Shown here: positions 15,487 through 24,327 of the stretch, piece by piece
Layout: the number at the start of each line of letters is the position of its first letter
Numbering within the stretch: position 1 is the first letter of the stretch
Origin: Pyrobaculum calidifontis JCM 11548
Lineage (GTDB): Archaea > Thermoproteota > Thermoprotei > Thermoproteales > Thermoproteaceae
DNA length: 32,000 nucleotides
Assembly (NCBI RefSeq): GCF_000015805.1
Contig: NC_009073.1
Span: 900,001-932,000 of the forward strand
Direction: 5' to 3'
The notes under the pieces: model-generated
The model's database searches: none
Seen by the model: the letters and a program-made list of their open reading frames with translations, nothing else
Told to the model about the DNA's origin: nothing
Made by a program: the position numbers and the translations under genes

Positions 15487-15690
15487 ATGGAAGAGGACAA
15501 AAGACAAGGTGTAGAAGAGCGGCTGAGAAAGTTGCCGGTAGATTACACATACGACGAAGACGAGGTAGTGGTAAAAGTCGGAAAGGGGAAGAGACTCCCG
15601 GAGGACCAGTTTAGAGACACAATTAACCAGCTAAAGAAGATGGGGTTTAAGTTTGACCCAGACACAAAGACTTGGAGAAAGAAAGTTTAA
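15487..15690 (+). CDS. Hypothetical small basic protein (67 aa)
   Basis: The ATG lies ~24 nt from the TATA ATTTTTATAC (15459-15468). It contains DYTYDEDEVVVKV, similar to the upstream ORF. Confidence 0.55.
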   Translation: MEEDKRQGVEERLRKLPVDYTYDEDEVVVKVGKGKRLPEDQFRDTINQLKKMGFKFDPDTKTWRKKV

Positions 15691-16586
15691 AGCTCCGCCC
15701 GTACCTCCCCCGGTTTTCCCCACCCCCTCGCCATTGCCCTAGTGTTGTAGCTAAACGCGAAGCGCCCCCTGGCGTCTACGCCTATCAAGCCCGCCGTGTC
15801 TGGCCCAAACCTCCGAGTGACGTACTCCACGGCCTTCTCCACGGCCGCGCGTATGTCGCCCGTCTGCTCAAGCAAATCTCTAGCGCGTAGAGAAAGCGTG
15901 GAGAGTATAATCACTTCGCCTACGCCAGTCGCGCTAAAGGCGCCAACGCCGTTCTCAGCCCAAAAGCCCGCCCCAGGCAGTGGGCTATCTCCCACTCTGC
16001 CTGGTAGCTTCAGCCACACGCCCCCGGTGGACGTGGCGGCGGCTAAGTTCCCATCTTTGTCTAAAGCCACGGCGCCCACAGTGTCTGCAAAATCTAGAAC
16101 CCTCTTGAAATGCCACTTGCCCTGCCTGGCCTCCTCAAGAACTTGGCTAAACTGCCTATTCTTCTCCTCGCTGTAAAACTTGTAAAAGGGAGCAGTTAGG
16201 CCAAGCCTCTTCGCCAAAAGCGTGGCCCCCTCCCCCGCCAAAATGACGTGGTCTGTCAACTCCATGACGGCGCGGGCAAGCCGCACGGCGCTTTTCACCC
16301 CTTCGACGGCGGCGACCGCCCCCGCTCTGCCGGTCTTGCCGTCCATAATGCCGGCATCCATGTAGACTCGCCCGTCCAGCGCATAGACAGAGCCGTAGCC
16401 CGCGTTGAACAAGCCGCTGGCCTCCATATACTCCACGGCCGCCACTACGCCGTCCACTGCACCGCCCCTTAGCATCGCCGCAAGGCCCTCCCTCACCGCG
16501 TCCTCCAACGCCCTCTTAACCGCCTGCCTCTTTTCTTCACTTACCGCCCACCGCCCGGCCCCTCCGTGGACAACTAACGTCGTCAC
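15687..16586 (-). CDS. Isoaspartyl peptidase / plant-type L-asparaginase (Ntn hydrolase)
   Basis: It starts HGGAG, has the autoprocessing/nucleophile site DTVGAVALD, and a later GAGFWA / SATGVGE pattern typical of the Asparaginase_2 family. Confidence 0.85.
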   Translation of the reverse strand: MTTLVVHGGAGRWAVSEEKRQAVKRALEDAVREGLAAMLRGGAVDGVVAAVEYMEASGLFNAGYGSVYALDGRVYMDAGIMDGKTGRAGAVAAVEGVKSAVRLARAVMELTDHVILAGEGATLLAKRLGLTAPFYKFYSEEKNRQFSQVLEEARQGKWHFKRVLDFADTVGAVALDKDGNLAAATSTGGVWLKLPGRVGDSPLPGAGFWAENGVGAFSATGVGEVIILSTLSLRARDLLEQTGDIRAAVEKAVEYVTRRFGPDTAGLIGVDARGRFAFSYNTRAMARGWGKPGEVRAEL

Positions 16587-16613
16587 TAGACAACGGTAAT
16601 AGACTCTTTTAAG

Positions 16614-17093
16614 CTATTGTTCTATCGTGATTTTGTCCTCAAGCTCTCTGGGCACGAGGAAGCCCGGCGACGTGACCCGCCTCCCCGCGACTAACACATG
16701 GCCGTGCACCACGAGCTGCCTCGCGTGGTGGATAGACTTGGCGAGGCCCATTCTAAACACCAGAGTCTGCAACCTCCTCTCCAATATGGCTCTTACGTCG
16801 AGGGAGAGTATTCTGTCCAACGGCACGTTGGGATCCTCGATGAAGCCCATCTTGTACAGCTTCTCCTTAAACGGCACCTCCAGCGGGGCCCTCTCCTCTG
16901 CGGTCATGGACAACAGGGCGCGGGCGCGCCTCACAATCCACTTAAGCCTAGCTCTAGCAAGCCAAAGCTCCTTCTTGTTCCTTAGCCCATACTCGCCCAT
17001 TAGCTGAAGCTCCTCTAGCAACAGCTGCTTATTCCAAATCTTCTTAGGCTTACCAGCGAGGTACTTCTTCTTAGGCTTCTTCAAACCGCCCAT
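16614..17093 (-). CDS. rps4: 30S ribosomal protein S4 (uS4)
   Basis: KKPKKKYLAGKPKKIWNKQLLLEELQLMGEYGLRNKKELW plus an S4 RNA-binding domain (RRLQTLVFRMGLAKSIHHARQLVVHGHV). It has its own TATA at 17114-17123. Confidence 0.9.
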   Translation of the reverse strand: MGGLKKPKKKYLAGKPKKIWNKQLLLEELQLMGEYGLRNKKELWLARARLKWIVRRARALLSMTAEERAPLEVPFKEKLYKMGFIEDPNVPLDRILSLDVRAILERRLQTLVFRMGLAKSIHHARQLVVHGHVLVAGRRVTSPGFLVPRELEDKITIEQ

Positions 17094-17113
17094 GGCCCAC
17101 CCCCACAGGCCCC

Positions 17114-17123
17114 ATTTTTAAAC
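17114..17123 (-). promoter_or_regulatory. TATA box for rps4, overlapping the rps13 stop region
   Basis: The minus strand reads GTTTAAAAAT, ~25 nt upstream of ATG 17093. Confidence 0.55.
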
Positions 17124-17585
17124 TTACTTGCCTCCAGGCGCCGCCTTCTTCTTAGTGACGCCAGCAGTCGCGCCGAATCTGCCCGTGGTCACAGTCCTCT
17201 GGCCCCTCACCTTTAGGCCAAGAGAGTGGCGTATGCCCTTCCAACTCTTCAACTTCTTCATCAAGTCGACGTCCCTCTTAGCCGCTAGGACAAGCTCCGA
17301 GCCTATCAAGTGGAGGTCTCGCCCAGTCTCGGGGTCCTTCCTCCTGTTCAAAAACCACGCCGGGGCAAGCTCGTGGAGATTTCTCACAGCCCAGTCCAAC
17401 TTGTTTATCTGATCCTCCGGGAGCAGGCCCAGCGTCGCGTGGGGGTCAATCCCAAGCTTTCTACATATGGCATAGGCAGTGGCAATTCCAATGCCCCTAA
17501 TCTTGGCCAAGGCATACGCCACAGTCTTGTTCCCGTCCAAGTCCGTGTCCCCAATGCGGACAATGGCACGTATCTCTTGAGCCAC
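17124..17585 (-). CDS. rps13: 30S ribosomal protein S13 (uS13)
   Basis: IVRIGDTDLDGNKTVAYALAKIRGIGIATA ... GIRHSLGLKVRGQRT is the uS13 pattern. A GTG start lies ~24 nt from the TATA at 17604-17613. Confidence 0.9.
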   Translation of the reverse strand: MAQEIRAIVRIGDTDLDGNKTVAYALAKIRGIGIATAYAICRKLGIDPHATLGLLPEDQINKLDWAVRNLHELAPAWFLNRRKDPETGRDLHLIGSELVLAAKRDVDLMKKLKSWKGIRHSLGLKVRGQRTVTTGRFGATAGVTKKKAAPGGK

Positions 17586-17603
17586 GGCGCTTGCTAATCC
17601 GAG

Positions 17604-17613
17604 GTTTTTAAGC
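17604..17613 (-). promoter_or_regulatory. TATA box for rps13
   Basis: The minus strand reads GCTTAAAAAC, ~24 nt upstream of GTG 17585. It abuts the permease stop codon. Confidence 0.55.
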
Positions 17614-19029
17614 TTACTGCCTCCTCAGCCGCGGATTCACTATAGGCTCTAGGGCAAAGAAGATGAGCACAAACCCCACCGCGGTTATCACTATGAGTAT
17701 GCCCGGGGGCAGTATCCACCACCAGGAGAAGTTCTGCAAGGCGCCGTTGTCAAAAGCCTGTTGCATAATCTGACCCCAAGTGGGTATAGAGGGATCGCCG
17801 AGGCCCAAGAAGCTCAAGCTAGCCTCAGACAGTATGGCGCCGGGGATGTTCAAAATCATTAAGGCGAAGGAGTATGGGAGAACAGGCGGCAGTATGTGTT
17901 TCCACATAATCCACCAGCTAGAGGCGCCGGCCAGCTTAGCCGCCTCCACAAACTGGCTAGTCTTAATGCTCAAAACCATGGAGCGCACTATGATCGTGGT
18001 GCCAGCCCACCCAAAGACCACCAGCACGAAAATAATGTTAAACAAGCTCCTGCCTAGCACAAATACAAAGAGAATAAGCAGGGGCAATAGAGGCAGGTTG
18101 TTCATCACGTCGGCAAACCTCTGTATAGCCTCATCTACCTTGCCTCCGACATAGCCGCTGACTATACCGAGGCCCATACCAATGACTGTGGCCAACACGG
18201 CTACCACGCCGCCTATGAAAAGCGCGACGGGGAATCCAAAGAGAAGTCCCTGCGCCAAGTCGCGTCCTAAGTAGTCTGTGCCCATTGCGCCGTAGACGGC
18301 GCCTTGGACAATAAGTCTAACATAGTCAACGCGGTCTCTAGGGTCGCCCACGAGCTCCACCTCGAAGATGTACGTGCCTTTTAGAGGCTTGAAAGACTCG
18401 GCGCTACACTTACTACTCTGGGGTATGCCGAAGATTATATACGGCAGTAAGACCGCTTCTCTTACCTCAGTCACAGTACAATTAACGCCTTGAGATCTCG
18501 CAAACTCCGCGGCTCTACGCACAACTCCGGGCTCCACAGACAGGACAATAGACCTAGGATTCTCCACAAATCTTACATACGGCGGACTTTCACCAGGACG
18601 AGGCGATGGGATGCCAGAGTCAAAGTCCATTAATACAACCTCTTGCCCGTCCGGCCTCTTTACCTTTATAGAGATTATTGGAAGAGATTCATAAAAAGTC
18701 AAATTGGCATATTTTAAAATAACGCCAGTGGGAAACTTATCAGCGTCAAAGTTATAAGAAAAGACCCACCTCTTCACATCCTCCTCCGTCGCAGTCGGCG
18801 CCCTCAGCTCCGATATATAGTGCTGAGGCAACTTCTCTGGCACAAAGTAGTTGTACCAGACAGGCGGCACAAGCTTGGGGTACTCCTCCCAATACTTAGG
18901 ATTTGACCAATACCGTGTACCATAGTCCAGGGGAAATGTGGCAACTACGTAAATAGCGATGATAGAGAACAACAGTATTATAGCAAACCCAGCCACGCCA
19001 GATGCGCTTCTGAAAAACTCCCTAATCAT
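17614..19029 (-). CDS. ABC transporter permease, OppC/DppC-type, with large extracytoplasmic insertion after TM1
   Basis: The EAA loop is FVEAAKLAGASSWWIMWKHILPP, and multiple TM helices occupy the C-terminal ~240 aa. About 200 aa of soluble sequence lie between the first TM and the core. The start overlaps the upstream stop (ATGA). Confidence 0.85.
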   Translation of the reverse strand: MIREFFRSASGVAGFAIILLFSIIAIYVVATFPLDYGTRYWSNPKYWEEYPKLVPPVWYNYFVPEKLPQHYISELRAPTATEEDVKRWVFSYNFDADKFPTGVILKYANLTFYESLPIISIKVKRPDGQEVVLMDFDSGIPSPRPGESPPYVRFVENPRSIVLSVEPGVVRRAAEFARSQGVNCTVTEVREAVLLPYIIFGIPQSSKCSAESFKPLKGTYIFEVELVGDPRDRVDYVRLIVQGAVYGAMGTDYLGRDLAQGLLFGFPVALFIGGVVAVLATVIGMGLGIVSGYVGGKVDEAIQRFADVMNNLPLLPLLILFVFVLGRSLFNIIFVLVVFGWAGTTIIVRSMVLSIKTSQFVEAAKLAGASSWWIMWKHILPPVLPYSFALMILNIPGAILSEASLSFLGLGDPSIPTWGQIMQQAFDNGALQNFSWWWILPPGILIVITAVGFVLIFFALEPIVNPRLRRQ

Positions 19030-20096
19030 GCCAACCTAATCCTTGGATCTACAATTACGTACAATATCTCGAGGATGAACCTAGCTACCACATAAACGAG
19101 AGTAAACACATACGTCAAGGCAAAAATCACAGGCTCGTCGAGGGCCGTAATCGCGGCGTAGTAGAGAGACCCCATGCCGGGCCAGTTAAACACACGCTCA
19201 GTAATTATGTAGCCAGAAATCGAGGCCGCCAAGCTGAGCACAAAATTTGTCAATATAGGCGGCAGAGACGGCCGCAGTATATACCGCCGCCGCACAAGCC
19301 CCTCGGGCACCCCCTTAGCCCTTGCAAAATTAACAAAATCCTCCTGCGACACGTTAAAGACTATATTCCGCGTCGTATACGCCCAACTGCCAAAAAAGAC
19401 AATAAAAGAGGCCAAAAGAGGCAGAGCCAAGTGCCACAGCAAGTCTAGGAAATAGGCCACCGACTCGCTAGGCGGCGGCGTAGAGACCATGCCACCGGGA
19501 GGAAATATCTGAACCCCCCAAAGAATCTTAGGTGCATAAGCCAAGACAAAGACAAGCACTAGCCCCATGAACCACAAAGGCAGTGCATAAGAGATGGCAG
19601 ACAACACAGACACAACTCTGTCGGCCCTACTTCCAATCTTTGAGCCAATGTAAATTCCCGTCCAAATACCCACGAGCGCCGTGAATACAATCCCCGTCGT
19701 CGTCAAAATTATTGTATTAGGCAAGCGGTCGAGTATTAGGTCTGAAATTTTCCTAGACCCCCATGAGGACTGCAATATCCGAGACTCCCCCAAGTCGAGG
19801 GTCAACAAGCGCCAAATCATTTGAGGCATTCTAAAATACCACGGCTGATTAATGCCAAGTTGCTCCGCCAAAGTCTTGTTGTACTCCTCGACCGCTTTCT
19901 TCACTTGCTCCAAGGGAAGTCTCTGCTGAATCAACTGTTGTTGATAGGCCCTGACTTGCTCGTCTAAAATTGACTTTAGTATCCTGTCGGAAAGACCAGT
20001 AGCCCCCATCAACACAGCTAATAGTACCAACACGCCGAGAAGGACTAGGAAGAGTGTAACCGCCTTAATAGCCAAAGTCTTGGCAAGAGAAGCCAT
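19026..20096 (-). CDS. ABC transporter permease, OppB/DppB-type
   Basis: NFARAKGVPEGLVRRRYILRPSLPPILT matches the DppB-type EAA region. The hydrophobicity pattern suggests six or more TM helices. Confidence 0.85.
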   Translation of the reverse strand: MASLAKTLAIKAVTLFLVLLGVLVLLAVLMGATGLSDRILKSILDEQVRAYQQQLIQQRLPLEQVKKAVEEYNKTLAEQLGINQPWYFRMPQMIWRLLTLDLGESRILQSSWGSRKISDLILDRLPNTIILTTTGIVFTALVGIWTGIYIGSKIGSRADRVVSVLSAISYALPLWFMGLVLVFVLAYAPKILWGVQIFPPGGMVSTPPPSESVAYFLDLLWHLALPLLASFIVFFGSWAYTTRNIVFNVSQEDFVNFARAKGVPEGLVRRRYILRPSLPPILTNFVLSLAASISGYIITERVFNWPGMGSLYYAAITALDEPVIFALTYVFTLVYVVARFILEILYVIVDPRIRLA

Positions 20097-20147
20097 GGGA
20101 GGTAAAAAGCCAGAATTAAAAAACTATACTGCCAGAGATATATAGGA

Positions 20148-22751
20148 CTATCTAGTCTTTGTAGCCCCGCCCCTCCTCATCAGCGCAAATGCCGCAGCCG
20201 CAATCACCACGATAAGCCCAACCACAGCAGCTATCATGGCCTCAGTGCCGCCCGCAGTAGGCGCCGTGGTCACAGTGACTGTTGGAGAGGGCGGCGGCGC
20301 CGGTGTAGTTGTGGTTGGTGTTGTAGCTGGCGTAGTGGGCGGCGGCGTGGGTGTCGGGGTTGGGGCAGCGGCTCTTGGTACAAATACTTGGGTGGCTTCG
20401 GCGACTATGGGCACGTTTTCTGCGTATGTGAGTAGCCACAGCTGGTAAGCCCTATTAGGCGTCAACTTGGCGGTGACGTCGGCGGGCATGTTTATGGTAA
20501 TGGTGTTGCCCGTGGTTGCCTCCTCCTTAGAGATGTAGAGGAATTTGCCAGTGGCTGGGTCTATGATGCCCCACTTGTAGAAAATGCGCCCAGCCCCCGC
20601 CGGCACGCTCAGAGTGACGGTGGCCATGCCGCCTTGGCCCACCGCTATGGTGGGTATACTCACTGCGCTAACCTCCACGGGGGTCGCCACGCCGAAGTAG
20701 AAGTTGCCCGGCTTATACGGGTAGGCGGGGTCTCTATAAGCCCTAAGCTCAATATACTGCTTAGCGGTGTCAATGGCGTAGAGGTAGAAGGGACCGTTAG
20801 AAATAATGAGGTGGTTGTACTTGTTAAACCAGTCAATGGCCGCCCTATACCTAGCCAACGCCTCGTCCTTAGTCAACAACACTTTGCCCCCAACTGTGAA
20901 CCACTTCTCAGGATAGGCCCCGGCCGACAAGGCCTCTTGAAGCACGTCAGCCGCCGCCTTAGCGTGATCTCTCAAAATAAGCGAAAGCCACGGCACATTA
21001 TACTTAGTAGCGCCAGCTCTAGACGCGGCATAGGTCTGTTTCACATACACAAGCTGGTCAACTGCGTAGTACACCTCCCACGGCATATCTGGCGTAAGAA
21101 CAGCCATTGAGGCAATGTAGTTGGGGTCAAAGTGCCAGTAGTCTATGTAAACCTCAATCGCCGTGTCGTTGACAATTCTTATGCCCTTTATAAGAGACAT
21201 CGACGAGTTTACGTAGGAGGCAACGCCCGACTCTCTAGCCACCTTATTTGGATCATTGGCAATATCCCAAAGGAAGGCGTATATGAACAACACATCAGCC
21301 AGCTTAATGGGCTGGCCGTGGTGCCACTTGGCGCTTGTATACTTGGCGTAGTTAAACACAACCTTAGACTTGGCCTTCTCGCCCCCAGCGCTCACCCAAG
21401 CCTTCTGCCTAGCATCCCACCTGTAGGCGTCCGCTGGTACGTCAAAGGCGCCGTCTGGACCCTTAGTCTCTACGACGTAGCTAGCTCTAAACGGCATAGG
21501 CTCGCCAGTAAACGGATGATTCCACACCGCCGGGTCGTACATCATTCTCCACCAATCAACTGAATAGACGTCGGTGAATCCGCCCTGCGGCACAGGGTTC
21601 CACGCAGATGAGGCAGTCCACACCCATAGGTGGCCTACGTTTATCACGTCGCGGCCTGGTATATACCAGTTGCGGGCGTTAAACACAGAGGCCCTAAGCC
21701 CGGCGCCGAGGTCGGCGGTAACTCCCTGCAACTTCGGCGTAGCTATATACACGTTAAGGTTTGTATTAACAAATACCCTAATAGACTCCTGTAGACACAT
21801 CAGAGTGGCTTGCCTATACGTGTTCACATACTCGTCGAAAGACTTGTACAAGCCTTTGTACAATTTCTCCGTCAATTTGTCTATTGTCTCATTGGCGTAG
21901 TTGTACCACCCGGTCGTGCCCCAGCCGGGCATATAGCCGAACCAAGAGGCGCAGTACTGGGAGATAGAGCTGGTATCCCACCTATCTAAAACGGCTTTGC
22001 CCCACCCCTCTGTGTAGAAGTGCCACTGGAACTGTGCCGGGTCTGTCCCGTATATGGTTTGTATAGCTACGTCAAATGTTACATATTTTCTGTCTACTGT
22101 GAAGCCTAGTTGCTCTAGCGCTGAGGCGAAGGCATCTCCAATGTCTTTGCGCTCGTCCTCAATACGGATGAGGCCTATTATAGTCACAGGCTTGCCTTGG
22201 CAATACCACTTGCCGTCAGCACCCTTAGTGGCGCCCAGCTTAGGCATCTCTCTATCAACAATAGAGCGGGCGTAGTCGAGGTCGTAGCGTATGCCCAACT
22301 GCGAAATAATGTCGGCGACGACGGAGTACGTTGGGTCGTACCTAGACAGCCAGAGGTACATAGGCACCGCGAAGCCCTTGTAAATCTCATTGGCCACGTA
22401 ATCTCTATCAATGACGTACTGCATCGCCTGCCTAATAGCTCTATTCGAGAACGGGTTAGCACACGGCGGGTTAGAAGGCGCGGGGTTTAGGATAATGTCG
22501 TTGAAGCCGGCTGCTGCCACGTAGAAGGCCACGTTGGGGTTGCCTTTAAGGGCCGCCGCCTGCGATGCCCTCATGCCGAAGATGTAAACGTCTATGTCGC
22601 CTGCAATTACTGCAGGGCCGGCTTGAGCCAGTGGGACAGACTTGCCCACAATTCTCTCGGCAGCTGGGCCTGGGTTTGTATGCGGAGGCGTGTACTGCGC
22701 GAGGAGCACTGTTGCTAGTAGTATTGTTGCCAATAGGATAGACCTCTTCAT
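20148..22751 (-). CDS. ABC transporter substrate-binding protein (family 5, Opp/Dpp-type), membrane-anchored via C-terminal TM
   Basis: There is an N-terminal signal peptide (MKRSILLATILLATVLLA). The 867-aa body has a family-5-like core. A Thr/Pro-rich linker (PTPTPTPPPTTPATTPTTTTPAPPPSPT, nt ~20241-20378) is followed by a TM helix and an RRGG tail. Confidence 0.75.
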   Translation of the reverse strand: MKRSILLATILLATVLLAQYTPPHTNPGPAAERIVGKSVPLAQAGPAVIAGDIDVYIFGMRASQAAALKGNPNVAFYVAAAGFNDIILNPAPSNPPCANPFSNRAIRQAMQYVIDRDYVANEIYKGFAVPMYLWLSRYDPTYSVVADIISQLGIRYDLDYARSIVDREMPKLGATKGADGKWYCQGKPVTIIGLIRIEDERKDIGDAFASALEQLGFTVDRKYVTFDVAIQTIYGTDPAQFQWHFYTEGWGKAVLDRWDTSSISQYCASWFGYMPGWGTTGWYNYANETIDKLTEKLYKGLYKSFDEYVNTYRQATLMCLQESIRVFVNTNLNVYIATPKLQGVTADLGAGLRASVFNARNWYIPGRDVINVGHLWVWTASSAWNPVPQGGFTDVYSVDWWRMMYDPAVWNHPFTGEPMPFRASYVVETKGPDGAFDVPADAYRWDARQKAWVSAGGEKAKSKVVFNYAKYTSAKWHHGQPIKLADVLFIYAFLWDIANDPNKVARESGVASYVNSSMSLIKGIRIVNDTAIEVYIDYWHFDPNYIASMAVLTPDMPWEVYYAVDQLVYVKQTYAASRAGATKYNVPWLSLILRDHAKAAADVLQEALSAGAYPEKWFTVGGKVLLTKDEALARYRAAIDWFNKYNHLIISNGPFYLYAIDTAKQYIELRAYRDPAYPYKPGNFYFGVATPVEVSAVSIPTIAVGQGGMATVTLSVPAGAGRIFYKWGIIDPATGKFLYISKEEATTGNTITINMPADVTAKLTPNRAYQLWLLTYAENVPIVAEATQVFVPRAAAPTPTPTPPPTTPATTPTTTTPAPPPSPTVTVTTAPTAGGTEAMIAAVVGLIVVIAAAAFALMRRGGATKTR

Positions 22752-22757
22752 AGAGTC

Positions 22758-23033
22758 TTAGTTCTCTAGATTTTTTAAATTTTCCTCAAGCTTTACACGT
22801 ATAAAGAGAGTTACACCAACAAGTAAGACGAGGGCCCCCACGATGAGAAAAATAAGAGCTATAAAAATAAACAACGGGTCTATACACCGCTGATATCCGC
22901 ACTGAGACTGCGCATAAGACTGTTGAAACGCTATTAAAAAAGAGAGTGCGAGAAGCAAAAAACCTGATATTAACAACAGCCTTGCCCTACTTCCGCCTGG
23001 CTGCTGCAATGGCGCCGACAAGGCCTGCCACAA
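22758..23033 (-). CDS. Small two-TM membrane protein, unknown function
   Basis: Two hydrophobic helices are present (LLLISGFLLLALSFLIAF and LFIFIALIFLIVGALVLLVGVTLFI). It sits between the secreted protein gene and the SBP gene. The start is uncertain because the annotated start overlaps the upstream gene by 47 nt. Confidence 0.45.
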   Translation of the reverse strand: MWQALSAPLQQPGGSRARLLLISGFLLLALSFLIAFQQSYAQSQCGYQRCIDPLFIFIALIFLIVGALVLLVGVTLFIRVKLEENLKNLEN

Positions 23034-24126
23034 CGCCTATCCCCATCACCACGTAGCTCATCGGATCCACCACGGGCTGAATAACTTGCTGTGTCTGAGT
23101 CACAGTTCTTGTGACAAAGGAAGTCTCGGTAATAGTCAAGGTGGCGGTCTTGGTTGCAGTTACTGGCAGGATTCTGTTAACTGTGGTAGTTGTAACTGCG
23201 AGCGGGAAGTTGCCCCAAGCAAGTGTGGTGGAGGGTAGCGTTGCTGAGGAATTACGTGTAAATGTGGCAAGCGGAGTGTTGGGGCCCAGTACGTCTAACA
23301 CTCTGGGTACTGTCCCAGCGAGCACTGAGGAGGCGTTGGCTGCGCCGACGCCCACGGCCCACTCCTGCGCCATGGGTCCAAAGGGCCTAATGCGGCCGGG
23401 GCCATATCCGTCGTACGACGTGACTAACACGTAGTAGCGCCAGCTGGGCTGTGGGAAGTCGCTCATGAGCCTAGTGGTGGGGGGTATGGCGCTTCTTGGG
23501 ACAACGGCCACTATGGTGTTTCCACTGGCGTATACCCGTTGCAACGGAGCCACGGATATCGTGCCCCCAGTCACGTCGGCCACGGCCACGTAGTTGACAG
23601 TTTCATTGCCCCACTTAGGCCCTATGAATATGGCCACGTCCCAAGGCGCGTCGTTTGAGAACTTCACGCCTGGGGTGTACTTAAACTGTGTCAAATTGGC
23701 GGGGTCTGGGCAGAAGAACCTAGTGGCTTCGTCGAAAAACGCGTTGCCGGCGGCCACGTCGCCGTCGTCGGGCCTCAAGATGGTGCAAGAGACAGTGCCC
23801 CACGGGTTGCCCGGGAACCCTCTGTGGATATATATCTGTATATATTGTACAGAGAAGCCGGTCTCAGTGCCCCACGGGTTGTCTCCCAAGTCGGCGAAAG
23901 TCAGCCTAAAGACCAGCGCGTCTGCCGTGGCGTTGTACAAAACTTCGAACCTTGTGAGATCAAACACTGTGCCGTTCTTGAACACGGGGTTTTGAGGCGG
24001 AAGGAACCAGCCTGGGCCTTTGTAGTCGCCAGTGGGGTCTGTGGCCGATTGTACAACAAATACGCCCTGGGCATATAACAACACAGCCGACAGCACCACT
24101 AGGAGAAGTGGCAACTTCTTGCTCAT
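22987..24126 (-). CDS. Secreted, C-terminally anchored protein with glucodextranase-C-like (Glucodextran_C) N-domain
   Basis: There is a signal peptide (MSKKLPLLLVVLSAVLLYA). DPTGDYKGPGWFLPPQNPVFKNGTVFDLTRFEV...NPWGTETGFSVQYIQIYIH resembles, from memory, the DPxGDDxGPG...FDL...NPW...GFS.Q..qIYI pattern of that domain. A C-terminal TM helix and an RRK tail are present. The TATA lies ~28 nt upstream. Confidence 0.5.
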   Translation of the reverse strand: MSKKLPLLLVVLSAVLLYAQGVFVVQSATDPTGDYKGPGWFLPPQNPVFKNGTVFDLTRFEVLYNATADALVFRLTFADLGDNPWGTETGFSVQYIQIYIHRGFPGNPWGTVSCTILRPDDGDVAAGNAFFDEATRFFCPDPANLTQFKYTPGVKFSNDAPWDVAIFIGPKWGNETVNYVAVADVTGGTISVAPLQRVYASGNTIVAVVPRSAIPPTTRLMSDFPQPSWRYYVLVTSYDGYGPGRIRPFGPMAQEWAVGVGAANASSVLAGTVPRVLDVLGPNTPLATFTRNSSATLPSTTLAWGNFPLAVTTTTVNRILPVTATKTATLTITETSFVTRTVTQTQQVIQPVVDPMSYVVMGIGVVAGLVGAIAAARRK

Positions 24127-24327
24127 AAATTTCAGATATTTGAGGATATTTATAGATTGCCACGGCTTTTACTAAGGCGTCAAATTTACGCAACTCACAC
24201 GCTTCTACGTGGGCGTGTCAAACCCAGCGCCGCCCCCAGTTTAGCTCAATGAGAAAAATAGCCGAAAAAGTTCCCTGCTGTCAAAACTGCTGTAAAACTG
24301 AATTTGGCGCATTTTTGGTGTAAGAAT

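Noticed and set aside
20241-20378. A repetitive-looking ACC/CCG-rich DNA segment, considered as a possible tandem repeat or array.
   Set aside because: It encodes the Thr/Pro-rich stalk (PTPTPTPPPTTPATTPTTTTP) of the binding protein, in frame. There is no spacer-repeat periodicity, so it is not a CRISPR array or satellite.
24249-24323. A 24-aa micro-ORF (MRKIAEKVPCCQNCCKTEFGAFLV) in the 200-nt gap beside tRNA-Val.
   Set aside because: It has no correctly spaced TATA box, is very short, and offers no way to judge conservation from this window.
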